IMG/VR virus record: IMGVR_UViG_3300049893_002799
Span: 1-64,000 of that record
Length of the DNA stretch: 64,000 bases
DNA from: a virus
Reading direction: 5' to 3' (one strand)
Shown here: positions 25,737 through 35,596 of the stretch, piece after piece
Position numbering within the stretch: the stretch's first letter is position 1
Layout of the letters: the number at the start of each line of letters is the position of its first letter
Position numbers and translations under genes: made by a program
The notes under the pieces: model-generated
Told to the model about the DNA's origin: nothing
What the model saw: the letters and a program-made list of their open reading frames with translations, nothing else
Databases searched by the model: none

Positions 25737-28076
25737 TTAGAGTTCTTGGACCGTCATAGATCTATTCAGGAGCCCTGATGTAGTGGTTCCAGCCGTTCTA
25801 GACCTAAAATAACAATCTATTTTATGCTGTCCAGCAGGCAATCTTACTATACAGGAAACAGAGTGCCAGTAATATCTACCGGCAACTGCCTGCTCTGTCA
25901 TAGAATCTACCGATACAGCTGCTCCATTAACAAATATCTGTAAACTTGACTGTCCATCTATAGTTCCATGAACAAGAGCGGCCTGTGCCTGGATACTAAA
26001 AGTTTTGTCTGTTGAAGCATATACTGTAGTACTTAAATCAGCAAGTGGTACAAAAGTTGTTAAAGCAGTCGATGGTCCCGACGAAACAGCTGCTGTTTGT
26101 GCCCACACCTTCACCGGAGTAACCTGCTGCTCACTGAACTTGCGCTTGTCCATCATCGCACAGCTACCAACAGCGAGGGTGTTCTGGAGTACACCTGGAC
26201 CGTTGAAGACTGGAGCGTGGACTGGGGTGATGATGTCGATTGCTTGTGACAACATGTAAGAACTGGCCACATTATTAGTGGCTCTTACCTTATATAGTGC
26301 CAACGGTAAATTAGATACCCTTATACCGCATCCACTAGTACTAGCTGCATCGTTAAAGTCTGCTATGCCAGTACTTGCAGTAAAAGTTACACCAGTTCCA
26401 TAGGCACTCGTGTTTCCGGATATAGTCGGAAAGTTTGTGGTATTTAAGTTTTGAAGAGAACCACCTGAAGATAGGTTCTGAAGACTAAACTGTATACTAG
26501 ACGATATATTCGATGCAGCCGAGGATCTGTACTCAAACCCAGTACCAAAAAATGTGTACTCGAAGTAGGCGTTTAACCTGTTCGTCTCTCCTCCAAATCC
26601 AGTAGGCAACGAAGGTAAAGGTGCGCCTCCAACTGACCAATCTACAGAGCCAGTACTTCCATTAACGTAAACTAATTCTCTAGCTCCAGATTTGCGCAAT
26701 GTCCCTGCTGCTATTGTATCTATGCTTGCTGTAGAATTTGGACTAAAATCCCCCATCAAGTAGTACTGTCCCAAAGATACAGCTCCAGACGGCAGAGAAG
26801 GCGCAGTTGGGGCATAGACGATAAACTGATGTACACACGGTATAAAAGTAGAGGCCGCCGTCCTAGTCATTTTGATAGTATGAGTGCCGTAAGACAAACC
26901 AGATACTATCTTCTCTACTCGTTTTGTAGTAGATCCAGTAGTGTTCAGGTTACCTGCTGATGCACCATCTATTGTAATTGCATATGTATCTGATCCACCT
27001 GATGCACTATCTTGTCGAACGATGTCTAATCCAGTCCCTATAAATGTTATAACCCAAAAATCACCGTTGTTAGCTACAGCTAAAGCTTCTGGTGTATCTG
27101 CCCTAACGTGTACATTCTGTCCAACCAAGGTAGTTGTTCCGTCATCTAAGGTAAAGGCTCTATTACTCGTAGTACTTGTTAAACTACTAAAATCATCAGT
27201 CCGTCCAGCCCCAAACTCACGCCAGTGGTAGGTGCGAATCACCTCTTCGTTGGCATGATTGGCGCTAGTTAAAGTTAGTGCTGCACCCGTATCCGCATAC
27301 CTGATATCTTTAGCGATCGTTCCGTCGGCCTTCTGGTACACCAGCACGCATCCACCCTTGGTGCCTGCTGTGCCGTAGGTGTTCGTGAAGCCTGAGCTGT
27401 ACGAAGACGTGGTGAGGGACGGAGAATACAGCCTACGTCCGCCTGCATAGCTGGTGCCTGGAGTCTGCTGGATGGTGGAGTTGGTGTTGAGGACTTCGTA
27501 GCCAAATATGAGAAAAGTACCGTTTACAATACCTACTTTAACCGTGTGTAACCCTAATGAAAGGTTTGATGCTATATTAATTACTCTGTTCATAGAATAA
27601 TTGCGACCACCTAAAATACCTGAGCCAATATTTAATATATTTGACTGAGCCACTCCATCGATCGATACACTGATGTCTCTTGCAGCTACATCGGTGTAGG
27701 TGAGTAAATTGAGACCTGTACCATAAAACGTAATTTCGGCATAAGAACCTAGAACATCTGTATAGCAACTCTGCCCAGAAGCAGAGTTGCTAGAGAACCA
27801 GCCCCCAACCATTCTTATAGCATCGTGCTGATCGTTCATCGGTTTGAATACTCTCTCACCGTTGGGTCCAGTCTCACCCTGAATCTCTTGGATGCTCTGT
27901 ATCATCACTCGCTCGACACCGAAACGAGGCATAAGATCTTGGCTGAAGTCGGTGCACTGAGCGCGCTTGACTACAGTGGTGTATGGAGCGGCTACCTTTG
28001 ATAGATTAACAAAAGATCCAGCACTCGCGCTAACGGATTGATCAAGCTGCTGTATCTGTATTGGTGACTTACTCAT
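25737..28076 (-). CDS. tail fibre/receptor-binding protein, paralogue A (three beta-sandwich repeats)
   Basis: ITFYGTG / ITFIGTG / YTFFGTG repeats; paralogous to 28518-30866 and 35597-37936. Confidence 0.7.
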   Translation of the reverse strand: MSKSPIQIQQLDQSVSASAGSFVNLSKVAAPYTTVVKRAQCTDFSQDLMPRFGVERVMIQSIQEIQGETGPNGERVFKPMNDQHDAIRMVGGWFSSNSASGQSCYTDVLGSYAEITFYGTGLNLLTYTDVAARDISVSIDGVAQSNILNIGSGILGGRNYSMNRVINIASNLSLGLHTVKVGIVNGTFLIFGYEVLNTNSTIQQTPGTSYAGGRRLYSPSLTTSSYSSGFTNTYGTAGTKGGCVLVYQKADGTIAKDIRYADTGAALTLTSANHANEEVIRTYHWREFGAGRTDDFSSLTSTTSNRAFTLDDGTTTLVGQNVHVRADTPEALAVANNGDFWVITFIGTGLDIVRQDSASGGSDTYAITIDGASAGNLNTTGSTTKRVEKIVSGLSYGTHTIKMTRTAASTFIPCVHQFIVYAPTAPSLPSGAVSLGQYYLMGDFSPNSTASIDTIAAGTLRKSGARELVYVNGSTGSVDWSVGGAPLPSLPTGFGGETNRLNAYFEYTFFGTGFEYRSSAASNISSSIQFSLQNLSSGGSLQNLNTTNFPTISGNTSAYGTGVTFTASTGIADFNDAASTSGCGIRVSNLPLALYKVRATNNVASSYMLSQAIDIITPVHAPVFNGPGVLQNTLAVGSCAMMDKRKFSEQQVTPVKVWAQTAAVSSGPSTALTTFVPLADLSTTVYASTDKTFSIQAQAALVHGTIDGQSSLQIFVNGAAVSVDSMTEQAVAGRYYWHSVSCIVRLPAGQHKIDCYFRSRTAGTTTSGLLNRSMTVQEL
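26753..26789. repeat. 37-bp exact repeat, second copy at 36577-36613
   Basis: CCATCAAGTAGTACTGTCCCAAAGATACAGCTCCAGA in paralogues A and C. Confidence 0.9.
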
Positions 28077-28087
28077 CTAATCCCTCT

Positions 28088-28489
28088 TTATGGTTGTGCT
28101 GGCCAAACAATTGCTTCTACGCTTAAACTATCTTCTGGAAGATCGCGCAGTGCTTGACGATATGCTGCCCAAGCTGCCTTCTGGCTCTCTGATAGAGGAG
28201 CATCGACAAGCTGTGTCCAGTCGCATGCCGCAAGTTTGGCGTTTCTCTCTGCTCGCATTGCTTCCCAGCTTGGACTATTTCTCTCAAGGCTGTCGACTAG
28301 CTCAAGCTCTCCGTCTTCGTTCTCTACTACTTTAGCGTTAGACGGACTGATACCTTCTGGTACTTCTAGCCAGCAGTGCTCTGCCCCTAGTTCTCCAGAG
28401 GCACTTTTGCCTGCGTCGTCGACACATCTTATCATCTTTTTATAATCAGGAGACTCACTGTTCTTGTCTACCATCCACCAAAATGCCAT
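28088..28489 (-). CDS. tail fibre assembly chaperone
   Basis: R.ERN.KL..CDWTQL.DAPL...W..YRQALRDLP...WP motif. Confidence 0.85.
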   Translation of the reverse strand: MAFWWMVDKNSESPDYKKMIRCVDDAGKSASGELGAEHCWLEVPEGISPSNAKVVENEDGELELVDSLERNSPSWEAMRAERNAKLAACDWTQLVDAPLSESQKAAWAAYRQALRDLPEDSLSVEAIVWPAQP

Positions 28490-28517
28490 ATCACATCTCT
28501 TCTAGTTGTTTGTTTAA

Positions 28518-30866
28518 TTATAGCTCGCGCACCGTCAGTGTACGGTTAGCAGATACAGCTGTTACTGTCATACCAACGTTCTCGTTCCACCAGTAGACAT
28601 CTATCTTGTGTGTTCCAGCTGGGACCTGAAATACTCGCTGCAGGTTAGACTCAAAAGTTGCTCCACCAGTCTGAAGATACTTTGAAGAACCAGGCGGCTG
28701 TATTACACCGTTTATGAATATGAGAGCAGAAGATGTATAGCTGTTTACTGAGTTACTCATGTTACCAGCAAAGGAGACAACAATTGGGTTACCGCTAGTC
28801 TTGATAGTACACGACATATCAGGAACAGGGATGTATGTGGCAGCTGGAGAACTTAAAGTTGGATTACCAGATATTCCAATAGCCTGTGTCCAGGGCTTGA
28901 TCGTCGGGATCTGCTTAGCATCAAAGGATCTCTTGTCCATGATTGCACAGCTGCCGACAGATAGCACATTCTGAAGCACGCCTGGACCGTTGAAAGCTGG
29001 AGCATGGACTGGAGTGATTACATCCATGCTGTTTATGTTTATGCCAGCAACGCCGGTACATGTGAGTGTAACCTTATACAGTCCAAAGCCAAGCCCGCTG
29101 ATGTTGAGTCCACATCCGTCAGATGCATTTGCTGTACCTGTACCGCTTGCTGCAGTAAAGGAGTTTCCATAAACAGATACCGTATATCCGCTGAAGTTCG
29201 TGATGGTTGTGTTGGTTAGTATATTCAAAACAGAGATGGAATAGGTGGTTGCACCGTTGAATCTCAGATCAAAGCCAGATCCTAGGAATATGGAGCTAGC
29301 AGTTCCGCCGTTGGTCGTACCTTGAACCGCCTGTCCTGTAGGTGCTGTAAGAACATTTATTGCAGACCATGTGCCTGTATATACCCATTCCCTTAAACTT
29401 GCTTTACGCAACAGACCCTGCCCAATCCTGTCATGTGCTACCGTAGTATTGGGACTATAATCCCCCATCAAGTAGTACTGCCCAAGCGCAACTGCGCCAG
29501 ATGGAAGAGTAGGAGTTTTAGGAGCATAAACTACTAGCTGGTGGATGCCTACCGTAAATATGTTAGGGACATTTCGCTGTATTCTAACTACGTGGGTGCC
29601 GTACTGCAACCCAGAGCAGATTTTTTGTACAACTTTCAGATCAGTAGTAGCTGTTTGGGTCCAGTTACCTACAGAAACTCCGTCTATAAATACCTCGTAG
29701 GCATTGGCATTGGTCTGTGTACCGGTTCCGTCACCGCTCCATACTACGTCTAGACCAGTGCCGACAAAAGTGAACACAGCAAATCCAGTACTATTACTAA
29801 CGATGTTTAGAGCATCGTTGGTGCTTCTTGCTTGTACGTCATTACAATTCAATCCAGTTACGTTGTCATCTAGTGTAAAATAGCGATCAGTTGTTGCTGT
29901 TGTTACTGTACTAAAATCATCAAAAGCCTGTCCAGCATTAGCAGTATGTCTTCCGCACCCAAACTCTCTCCAGTAATACGTTCTAACTACCTCTTCATCA
30001 GCCCTGTCTGCAGCAGATATAGAAGATAGGTAGGTTGCAGCACTGGATCTTGTGGGTGTAAGTGCTTTAGCTATAGTTCCATCAGATTTCTGGTATACAA
30101 GTACGCATCCACCTTTTGTGCCTAGAGTACCTGACTCAAAGTTTGCACTATATGAAGATGTTGTAAGAGAAGACGCTGTAAGTAGCTTGCCGTTGACAGT
30201 AGAGCTGCCTGGAGTATACTGTAGAGTACTGTTTGTGTTAAGGACTTCGTAGCCCAAAGTATATACTGTAGCCGTTGTCGAGACGATCCTTACAGTATGT
30301 ACACCTAATGTTAGACCGCTGACTAAGTTAAATACTAAATTTGGAGAATAACTTCTCTGATTTATCGCGGGGCTTACTTGATTATTTACTGTAGACGACA
30401 ATACGCCGTCGACGTAAACTTGCATCGCTCGGTTTGTTCCGTCTCCATAGCACAGTATGTTGAGGCCAGTTCCATAAAAAGTAATCTCAGAGTACGAGTT
30501 AAGTGTAACACCCACAAGTTGACCGCTGTAATCATTCTGCTGACCTATTGAGCCAACAAACCTTATGGCATCATGCTGGTCATTAATTGGCTTGAATACT
30601 CGCTCGCCGTTCGGTCCAAACTCATTCTGTACTTCTTGCATAGCTTGTACTACTATACGGTCTATACCAAACCTTGGAAGAAGGTCGTTTGAGAGGTCAG
30701 TCATCTTGGAGCGACCAATAATAGTAGAGTGGAACAGTCCAGCAGATGGGGCTCCAGTAGCTGTAGTAGCTGTACGATAAGTTAAGTTAACAACAGGAGT
30801 TCGGAGTGAAACTCCAAGTCCAGTAACTGCTGACTCTATAGAATCTATGCGTGGAGAACTTGCCAT
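28518..30866 (-). CDS. tail fibre/receptor-binding protein, paralogue B
   Basis: Same architecture as paralogues A and C, with shared blocks GPNGERVFKP, GYEVLNTNST, WREFG and LGQYYLM. Confidence 0.7.
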   Translation of the reverse strand: MASSPRIDSIESAVTGLGVSLRTPVVNLTYRTATTATGAPSAGLFHSTIIGRSKMTDLSNDLLPRFGIDRIVVQAMQEVQNEFGPNGERVFKPINDQHDAIRFVGSIGQQNDYSGQLVGVTLNSYSEITFYGTGLNILCYGDGTNRAMQVYVDGVLSSTVNNQVSPAINQRSYSPNLVFNLVSGLTLGVHTVRIVSTTATVYTLGYEVLNTNSTLQYTPGSSTVNGKLLTASSLTTSSYSANFESGTLGTKGGCVLVYQKSDGTIAKALTPTRSSAATYLSSISAADRADEEVVRTYYWREFGCGRHTANAGQAFDDFSTVTTATTDRYFTLDDNVTGLNCNDVQARSTNDALNIVSNSTGFAVFTFVGTGLDVVWSGDGTGTQTNANAYEVFIDGVSVGNWTQTATTDLKVVQKICSGLQYGTHVVRIQRNVPNIFTVGIHQLVVYAPKTPTLPSGAVALGQYYLMGDYSPNTTVAHDRIGQGLLRKASLREWVYTGTWSAINVLTAPTGQAVQGTTNGGTASSIFLGSGFDLRFNGATTYSISVLNILTNTTITNFSGYTVSVYGNSFTAASGTGTANASDGCGLNISGLGFGLYKVTLTCTGVAGININSMDVITPVHAPAFNGPGVLQNVLSVGSCAIMDKRSFDAKQIPTIKPWTQAIGISGNPTLSSPAATYIPVPDMSCTIKTSGNPIVVSFAGNMSNSVNSYTSSALIFINGVIQPPGSSKYLQTGGATFESNLQRVFQVPAGTHKIDVYWWNENVGMTVTAVSANRTLTVREL
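30666..30792. repeat. 127-bp near-identical repeat, second copy at 37763-37889
   Basis: Encodes VNLTYRTATTATG.PSAGLFHST..GRSKMTDLSNDLLPRFG in paralogues B and C. Confidence 0.9.
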
Positions 30867-30923
30867 CTTATTTCCTCATTTTCTTAACTTATTCTACCTT
30901 ATTATTTATCAGCGTAGAATGCT

Positions 30924-32111
30924 TTATAGTTCGGCGTCGGCTGCCCAATGACCGCGATATGATGTACTGCCGCCACCTACTGTTTGATAAATATTAAAAC
31001 ATCTATCCGCCACAACAGGAACACCTAATGTTCCAGCTACGTTTGTCGTCGATAGCCAAGCACCTGTATTATTACCATAAAAAGTAATACCTGAAGTTCC
31101 TCTTTTTGTTACTTTAAAACTTATACAAGCTGTATCGTTGGCTGTAGCACCAGCAGTAAAAGTATTCTGTGCTCCAACTTCAGTTAATAGCGTAGATGCC
31201 GATCCACCATTAGCTGGAACTGTATTTATCTCAAAGCTCTTCTCGTAGTATCTCTGACACATGGCTAGCTCGTCACCAACCGTGCGTCCAGCTCGCTTAA
31301 AAGGTATGTCTATTGTAGAGGCAAAAGAACCTACATAAAGAGCCATTTGCGCTATTTGAAATGTAGCCGACGAGGTTCCTAACCAATTAGTTTGTCCAGA
31401 TGCACCAAGCTTATTGCCGGATTCCCAGGTATCTAGTGTCGTAGCCACTGCTGTTCCTACAGAAAGAGCAATACCGATAGTTAGAGCACTATTATTATCA
31501 AATACCCATGTGCCACCAGTATCCATTGCAATATCTTTGGTTATTTTTGTCCATGTATTGGCCGACGATATTGTGAAAGTAGTTACTCTTGATCTAGTTT
31601 GTGCTGCATTTTGAAGATATATGCTATAAGTTCCAGTTAAACTAGTTTTAGCCCAAAACTGAACCCTAATTGTTTTTTGATGTATATAGGCAAAATCTAG
31701 ACCCTCCATCTTATATTGGATATTAGCATAAATATTGCCGCTAGGTGTTGTAGTAGAGTTAGCAGTAGCTAATAGACTATATGAACTCTGAAATCCAGAC
31801 TGAGCAACTGTAGGCACATCCGTGGATCGTGTTACAGTGACTGAGTTTGCTACTGTATTTTGAAAGAAAAATCTATCAGCAGTATATAGGTTAGTGTTGT
31901 TAACTATAGAAAACGTTGTGTTTCTCTGCCAAAAATCAAAGTTTCCGTTGATGATCAGGTTAGGCACGTCGTTTCCAAGCATAACGCCGGATATCGGCTG
32001 CTGAAACGTGTGTGTACCAGACCATGTTTTATTTCCAGCAACAGTCTGCGTTCCGGCGGTGAGTTCTCCACCGTTGCTAGCTGATGCGTCTTTCCTCACA
32101 AGTTCAGTCAT
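30924..32111 (-). CDS. tail fibre protein with carbohydrate-binding-like domain
   Basis: NLIINGNFDFWQR...ADRF and ELAMCQRYYEKS motifs typical of phage fibres. Confidence 0.72.
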   Translation of the reverse strand: MTELVRKDASASNGGELTAGTQTVAGNKTWSGTHTFQQPISGVMLGNDVPNLIINGNFDFWQRNTTFSIVNNTNLYTADRFFFQNTVANSVTVTRSTDVPTVAQSGFQSSYSLLATANSTTTPSGNIYANIQYKMEGLDFAYIHQKTIRVQFWAKTSLTGTYSIYLQNAAQTRSRVTTFTISSANTWTKITKDIAMDTGGTWVFDNNSALTIGIALSVGTAVATTLDTWESGNKLGASGQTNWLGTSSATFQIAQMALYVGSFASTIDIPFKRAGRTVGDELAMCQRYYEKSFEINTVPANGGSASTLLTEVGAQNTFTAGATANDTACISFKVTKRGTSGITFYGNNTGAWLSTTNVAGTLGVPVVADRCFNIYQTVGGGSTSYRGHWAADAEL

Positions 32112-32169
32112 ATGTTTAGTTCCTTATTGAATATCGCTTTATTATCTATTGAAAACATGTGCTAATTCT

Positions 32170-32736
32170 TCATGACATAGAAGTGCCGGTAAGTTCCTCG
32201 ACGATAAATATTCCTGATTCCAAAGTGCCACCACCCAAAGTACCAGCGCTATTAGGGTTATCATAATAATCTAATGCGAAATATATACGATCATTTGCGG
32301 TTAATGATCCTATAAATTCAGTACTGCACATTGCGTAAGGCCTATTAGATCCCACAGAGCCATTTTGCGATTGATTAAAGCCTCTTGTACCTATTTGTGA
32401 ACCAGCAGCAAAAGTGCCTAGTGAAGCTGATTTTCTGATATGTAGTATTATTCTAATGCCGTTATTCAATGTAGTAGTACCAGTCCCCCCACATTGAACA
32501 AATATGCGATAAATACCTGTTCTTGGTATATCAATCGAAGATAAATTAGCGCTTAATGTTCCAATATCAACGGTACTAGTTTGAGCTGTTCCGGTTATAT
32601 TTGACGTTTCGCTTTTGTACTTTATAAATCTAGTACCGGATTTTAGCTGTCCACTGAACGTCTTATCGCCAGCAAAAGTCTGTGCTCCGCCTGTAACATT
32701 CTGTCCAGCTTGAGTACTGTGTGAATAGTCAGCCAT
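32170..32736 (-). CDS. short fibre/tip protein (C1q/TNF-like head, putative)
   Basis: GAQTFAGDKTFSG fibre repeat followed by a beta-rich IPRTGIYRI domain. Confidence 0.55.
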   Translation of the reverse strand: MADYSHSTQAGQNVTGGAQTFAGDKTFSGQLKSGTRFIKYKSETSNITGTAQTSTVDIGTLSANLSSIDIPRTGIYRIFVQCGGTGTTTLNNGIRIILHIRKSASLGTFAAGSQIGTRGFNQSQNGSVGSNRPYAMCSTEFIGSLTANDRIYFALDYYDNPNSAGTLGGGTLESGIFIVEELTGTSMS

Positions 32737-33887
32737 TATGCCCTCACAATCCAGCCGCGAGAAGAGCTCACGAATATGAACTCAGCCCAGGCGTTATTAA
32801 CGTTGATGATGTAGTTGTCTGCGGTACCTAAGATGTTGTTACCGTTTCTGCTCACTGTCAGGTTGAACGTGCCGAACGTGCTCATCGCATCCATAAGTAC
32901 AACTCGGTCCCCGATGCTTGGTGAGGCAGGAAGAACGAAGGTTCCGGCGCCAGTGGTGGTGTCGAACAGCACCTGATCTACTGGACCGACACCTGTTCTG
33001 TCTGAGAGAGAGCTGGTGCTAGATATAGACCTGTATCTCTGCAGCTTCTGCACGTTGTCGCCGAAACTCTTGAGGTCGACATTGTTAGGAGCAGCTTGGT
33101 ATGTAGAAGTTGGGTTACCCGTTGCCAGCGCAAGGTCTGGAATCATCTTGTCTATCTGTCCAGCCAGACTCTCGATAGCTTGATCGCGAGAGGCGCTTGG
33201 ACGGTTTACGAGAAGACCGTTACTGATGACGAGCACATTCCTGTCGTACGCCTCAGTGGAGTTCATGCGGATGATTGTGCCTAGTCCAGAACCGTTGTCG
33301 ACTTCCTGGTAGTTGCCGTCAGCAGAAGGCGATGCGGTAGCGTTGCCGCTGTTGCGGAACTGCTGTACACCGTCGACGAACACGAGCACTGCACCAGCTT
33401 GCTTAGTTGGGTACTTGTTTACCTCAAAAGCCTCTGTTGTAGTGAAGTCCTGCTGCGTAGCAAGAAGGGTTCCAGATGCTACGAGCATGGAGGCATCTAC
33501 AACTTCAAGCCCGGTAGAGGGCGAGTGGTCGACGATACCTATGAAGATCTCGTCTGCGTCGGCTGTCCAACCGTTGAAGTTGATCTGGTAGCTAGAAGAG
33601 ATCGTGTAGGACAAGAAGTCCTGCAAGGTACCTTTTGACGAGCTGATGAGTGTTAGGTTCTTGCGGAAGAACAAGAGCTTGGCAGCAGTGATCTGTGCAG
33701 CAGTCGGCTGAACAAAACCAGCAGAAGACATCTCAGTGGGAGTTGTCAGAGATAGAAGGTTGATGCCGGTAGCACCAGCTGTAGCCTTATGCGCAAAAAC
33801 CAACTTTTGGAACGCTATTGCAATAGGCTTAGAGCCTTCCAAATCTTGTTTTCTTATCGATGTAGCACCCGTTCCTGTTATAGCCAT
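32736..33887 (-). CDS. virion structural/fibre-associated protein
   Basis: C-terminal LPASPSIGD...NLTVSRNGNNI...GW domain; G+C-richer codons than its neighbours. Confidence 0.6.
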   Translation of the reverse strand: MAITGTGATSIRKQDLEGSKPIAIAFQKLVFAHKATAGATGINLLSLTTPTEMSSAGFVQPTAAQITAAKLLFFRKNLTLISSSKGTLQDFLSYTISSSYQINFNGWTADADEIFIGIVDHSPSTGLEVVDASMLVASGTLLATQQDFTTTEAFEVNKYPTKQAGAVLVFVDGVQQFRNSGNATASPSADGNYQEVDNGSGLGTIIRMNSTEAYDRNVLVISNGLLVNRPSASRDQAIESLAGQIDKMIPDLALATGNPTSTYQAAPNNVDLKSFGDNVQKLQRYRSISSTSSLSDRTGVGPVDQVLFDTTTGAGTFVLPASPSIGDRVVLMDAMSTFGTFNLTVSRNGNNILGTADNYIINVNNAWAEFIFVSSSRGWIVRA

Positions 33888-33938
33888 ATAGTTAGTTCCC
33901 TATGGAATTTTTTTATTAAAAACATATACTAAAAGATA

Positions 33939-35552
33939 TCAACTATCCGATATCTTTGTGCCCTGAAACCATGTATAGTGTTTTAAACCATGTATTGTAA
34001 AGGTCCCTGCAGAAGAGTTTGAATAACCGACTCCTACCTTGGTCCCTGCTGTCAAATACATTAGAACAGAAACGTATATAGAAAAATCATCAGCCACACC
34101 TTTAGTATTCATGAAATAATGAGTGCCATATATTTCACCTGTATTATGGTTTCTAATATTTAAGGAACTATTAGAACCTGCTGCCATATTAACTAGCATA
34201 TTTGTAGAAAATAACCAAGTACCAGTTGATGGTATTGTATACCCATTTGCAGAAAATCCACCCACATTATCAAAGGCAAAGCTACTTCCAAGTCCAAAGT
34301 CTACTGTTTGGGTTACACCAGCTCCCGTATAGGATCCGTTAACAGCATTTTTATCGACTCTAAAAGATGGCTTATCAACCAAAACCTGCTCACCCTGAAA
34401 CATCTTACCGGATCTCTTGAACACCAAACTGGTATTAGAACTAAAACTACCGGGTACGAGCATGACTTGGGCGATATTAAAAGTAGTAGCAGATGTTGAA
34501 CCCCAGTTTACTTGACTTGACGAACCAAGTGCTACAGCAGGACCGCCGGTTGTGGTCCATGCTCCAGGAGATATGGTGCGATTCGATCCAGCTGCTAGTA
34601 TGAAAGAAATATCCAAACCTGTACCACTATCTAATAACCAGGTTCCAGAATTATCAGTAACGAAATCTATCGTTTTCTTTTCCCACGTGTTTGCTGCATT
34701 TATCGTGTAGTTGATAGCCATCGCGCGAGCATAATTGCTATTTCCTAGAGCAACTGAATACGTACCAGTAGTAGTAGATTTAACCCAAAACTGCAGTCTA
34801 ACAGTCTGTGCATTGTGTATGGCCTGATATTCATATCCATCAACACGGTACGTGAGATATAGGTAGTCGTTCACACCCGGAATAATCGCAGAGCCGGGTT
34901 TACTGATCGACATGCTGTATTGGCTGTTGAAACCAGACTGTGCAAAAGTTGGAACAGACGTGTCTCTGCTTAAAGTGAGTAAACTAGCGTATGCTCCGCT
35001 GAACCAAGTACGAAACTTGTCGGCGAGATAAACAGAACCTGTTGGGTTTACAGAAGATGTCCCGCGCTGCCAGTAGTCGAAGTTCCCGTTGATGATCAGG
35101 TTAGGGTAGTCATTGCCGAGCACGACACCCGTGATAGGCTGCGTAAAAATATTAGCGTTGATGCTGTCGATACCTGGCTCAGTTGGGTTGATGCCTGTAG
35201 CAAAGTCTATGCTCGTGCTACCCTGAAGCGTCGTGAAAATACCGATAGGTTTGTATGATGTAAAACCAGTGGGTCCAGTAGAGATACCTGCTAAGCTTGC
35301 TACAAGCGCAAGATTTCCAGCAGATACTACCGCGTACACGTAGTAGGTTGAGTTAGCAGCGATCGAGCCGGTATCGATGCCGTTGGCACCCGAAGCTGCG
35401 GTGCTCAGCGTGATTGTTGCGGAAGGAACGTACTGCTGGCCGCCAACGGTGACGCAGACCGGTTTCCCTGCATTAGTTGCTGCTAGAGTAATACTAGTAG
35501 TACTAGCTTTCACTATATTTGGTATGTTGTCTGGTCTTAGTACCTGTCCCAT
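33939..35552 (-). CDS. tail fibre protein with carbohydrate-binding-like domain and C1q-like C-terminus
   Basis: NLIINGNFDYWQR shared with 30924-32111; FDNVGGF...YTIPSTGTWLF...TWFQG C1q pattern. Confidence 0.7.
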   Translation of the reverse strand: MGQVLRPDNIPNIVKASTTSITLAATNAGKPVCVTVGGQQYVPSATITLSTAASGANGIDTGSIAANSTYYVYAVVSAGNLALVASLAGISTGPTGFTSYKPIGIFTTLQGSTSIDFATGINPTEPGIDSINANIFTQPITGVVLGNDYPNLIINGNFDYWQRGTSSVNPTGSVYLADKFRTWFSGAYASLLTLSRDTSVPTFAQSGFNSQYSMSISKPGSAIIPGVNDYLYLTYRVDGYEYQAIHNAQTVRLQFWVKSTTTGTYSVALGNSNYARAMAINYTINAANTWEKKTIDFVTDNSGTWLLDSGTGLDISFILAAGSNRTISPGAWTTTGGPAVALGSSSQVNWGSTSATTFNIAQVMLVPGSFSSNTSLVFKRSGKMFQGEQVLVDKPSFRVDKNAVNGSYTGAGVTQTVDFGLGSSFAFDNVGGFSANGYTIPSTGTWLFSTNMLVNMAAGSNSSLNIRNHNTGEIYGTHYFMNTKGVADDFSIYVSVLMYLTAGTKVGVGYSNSSAGTFTIHGLKHYTWFQGTKISDS

Positions 35553-35596
35553 TTATTTCCTCTTATGTATTCGTCACTATTATATCAATAAGTGAT

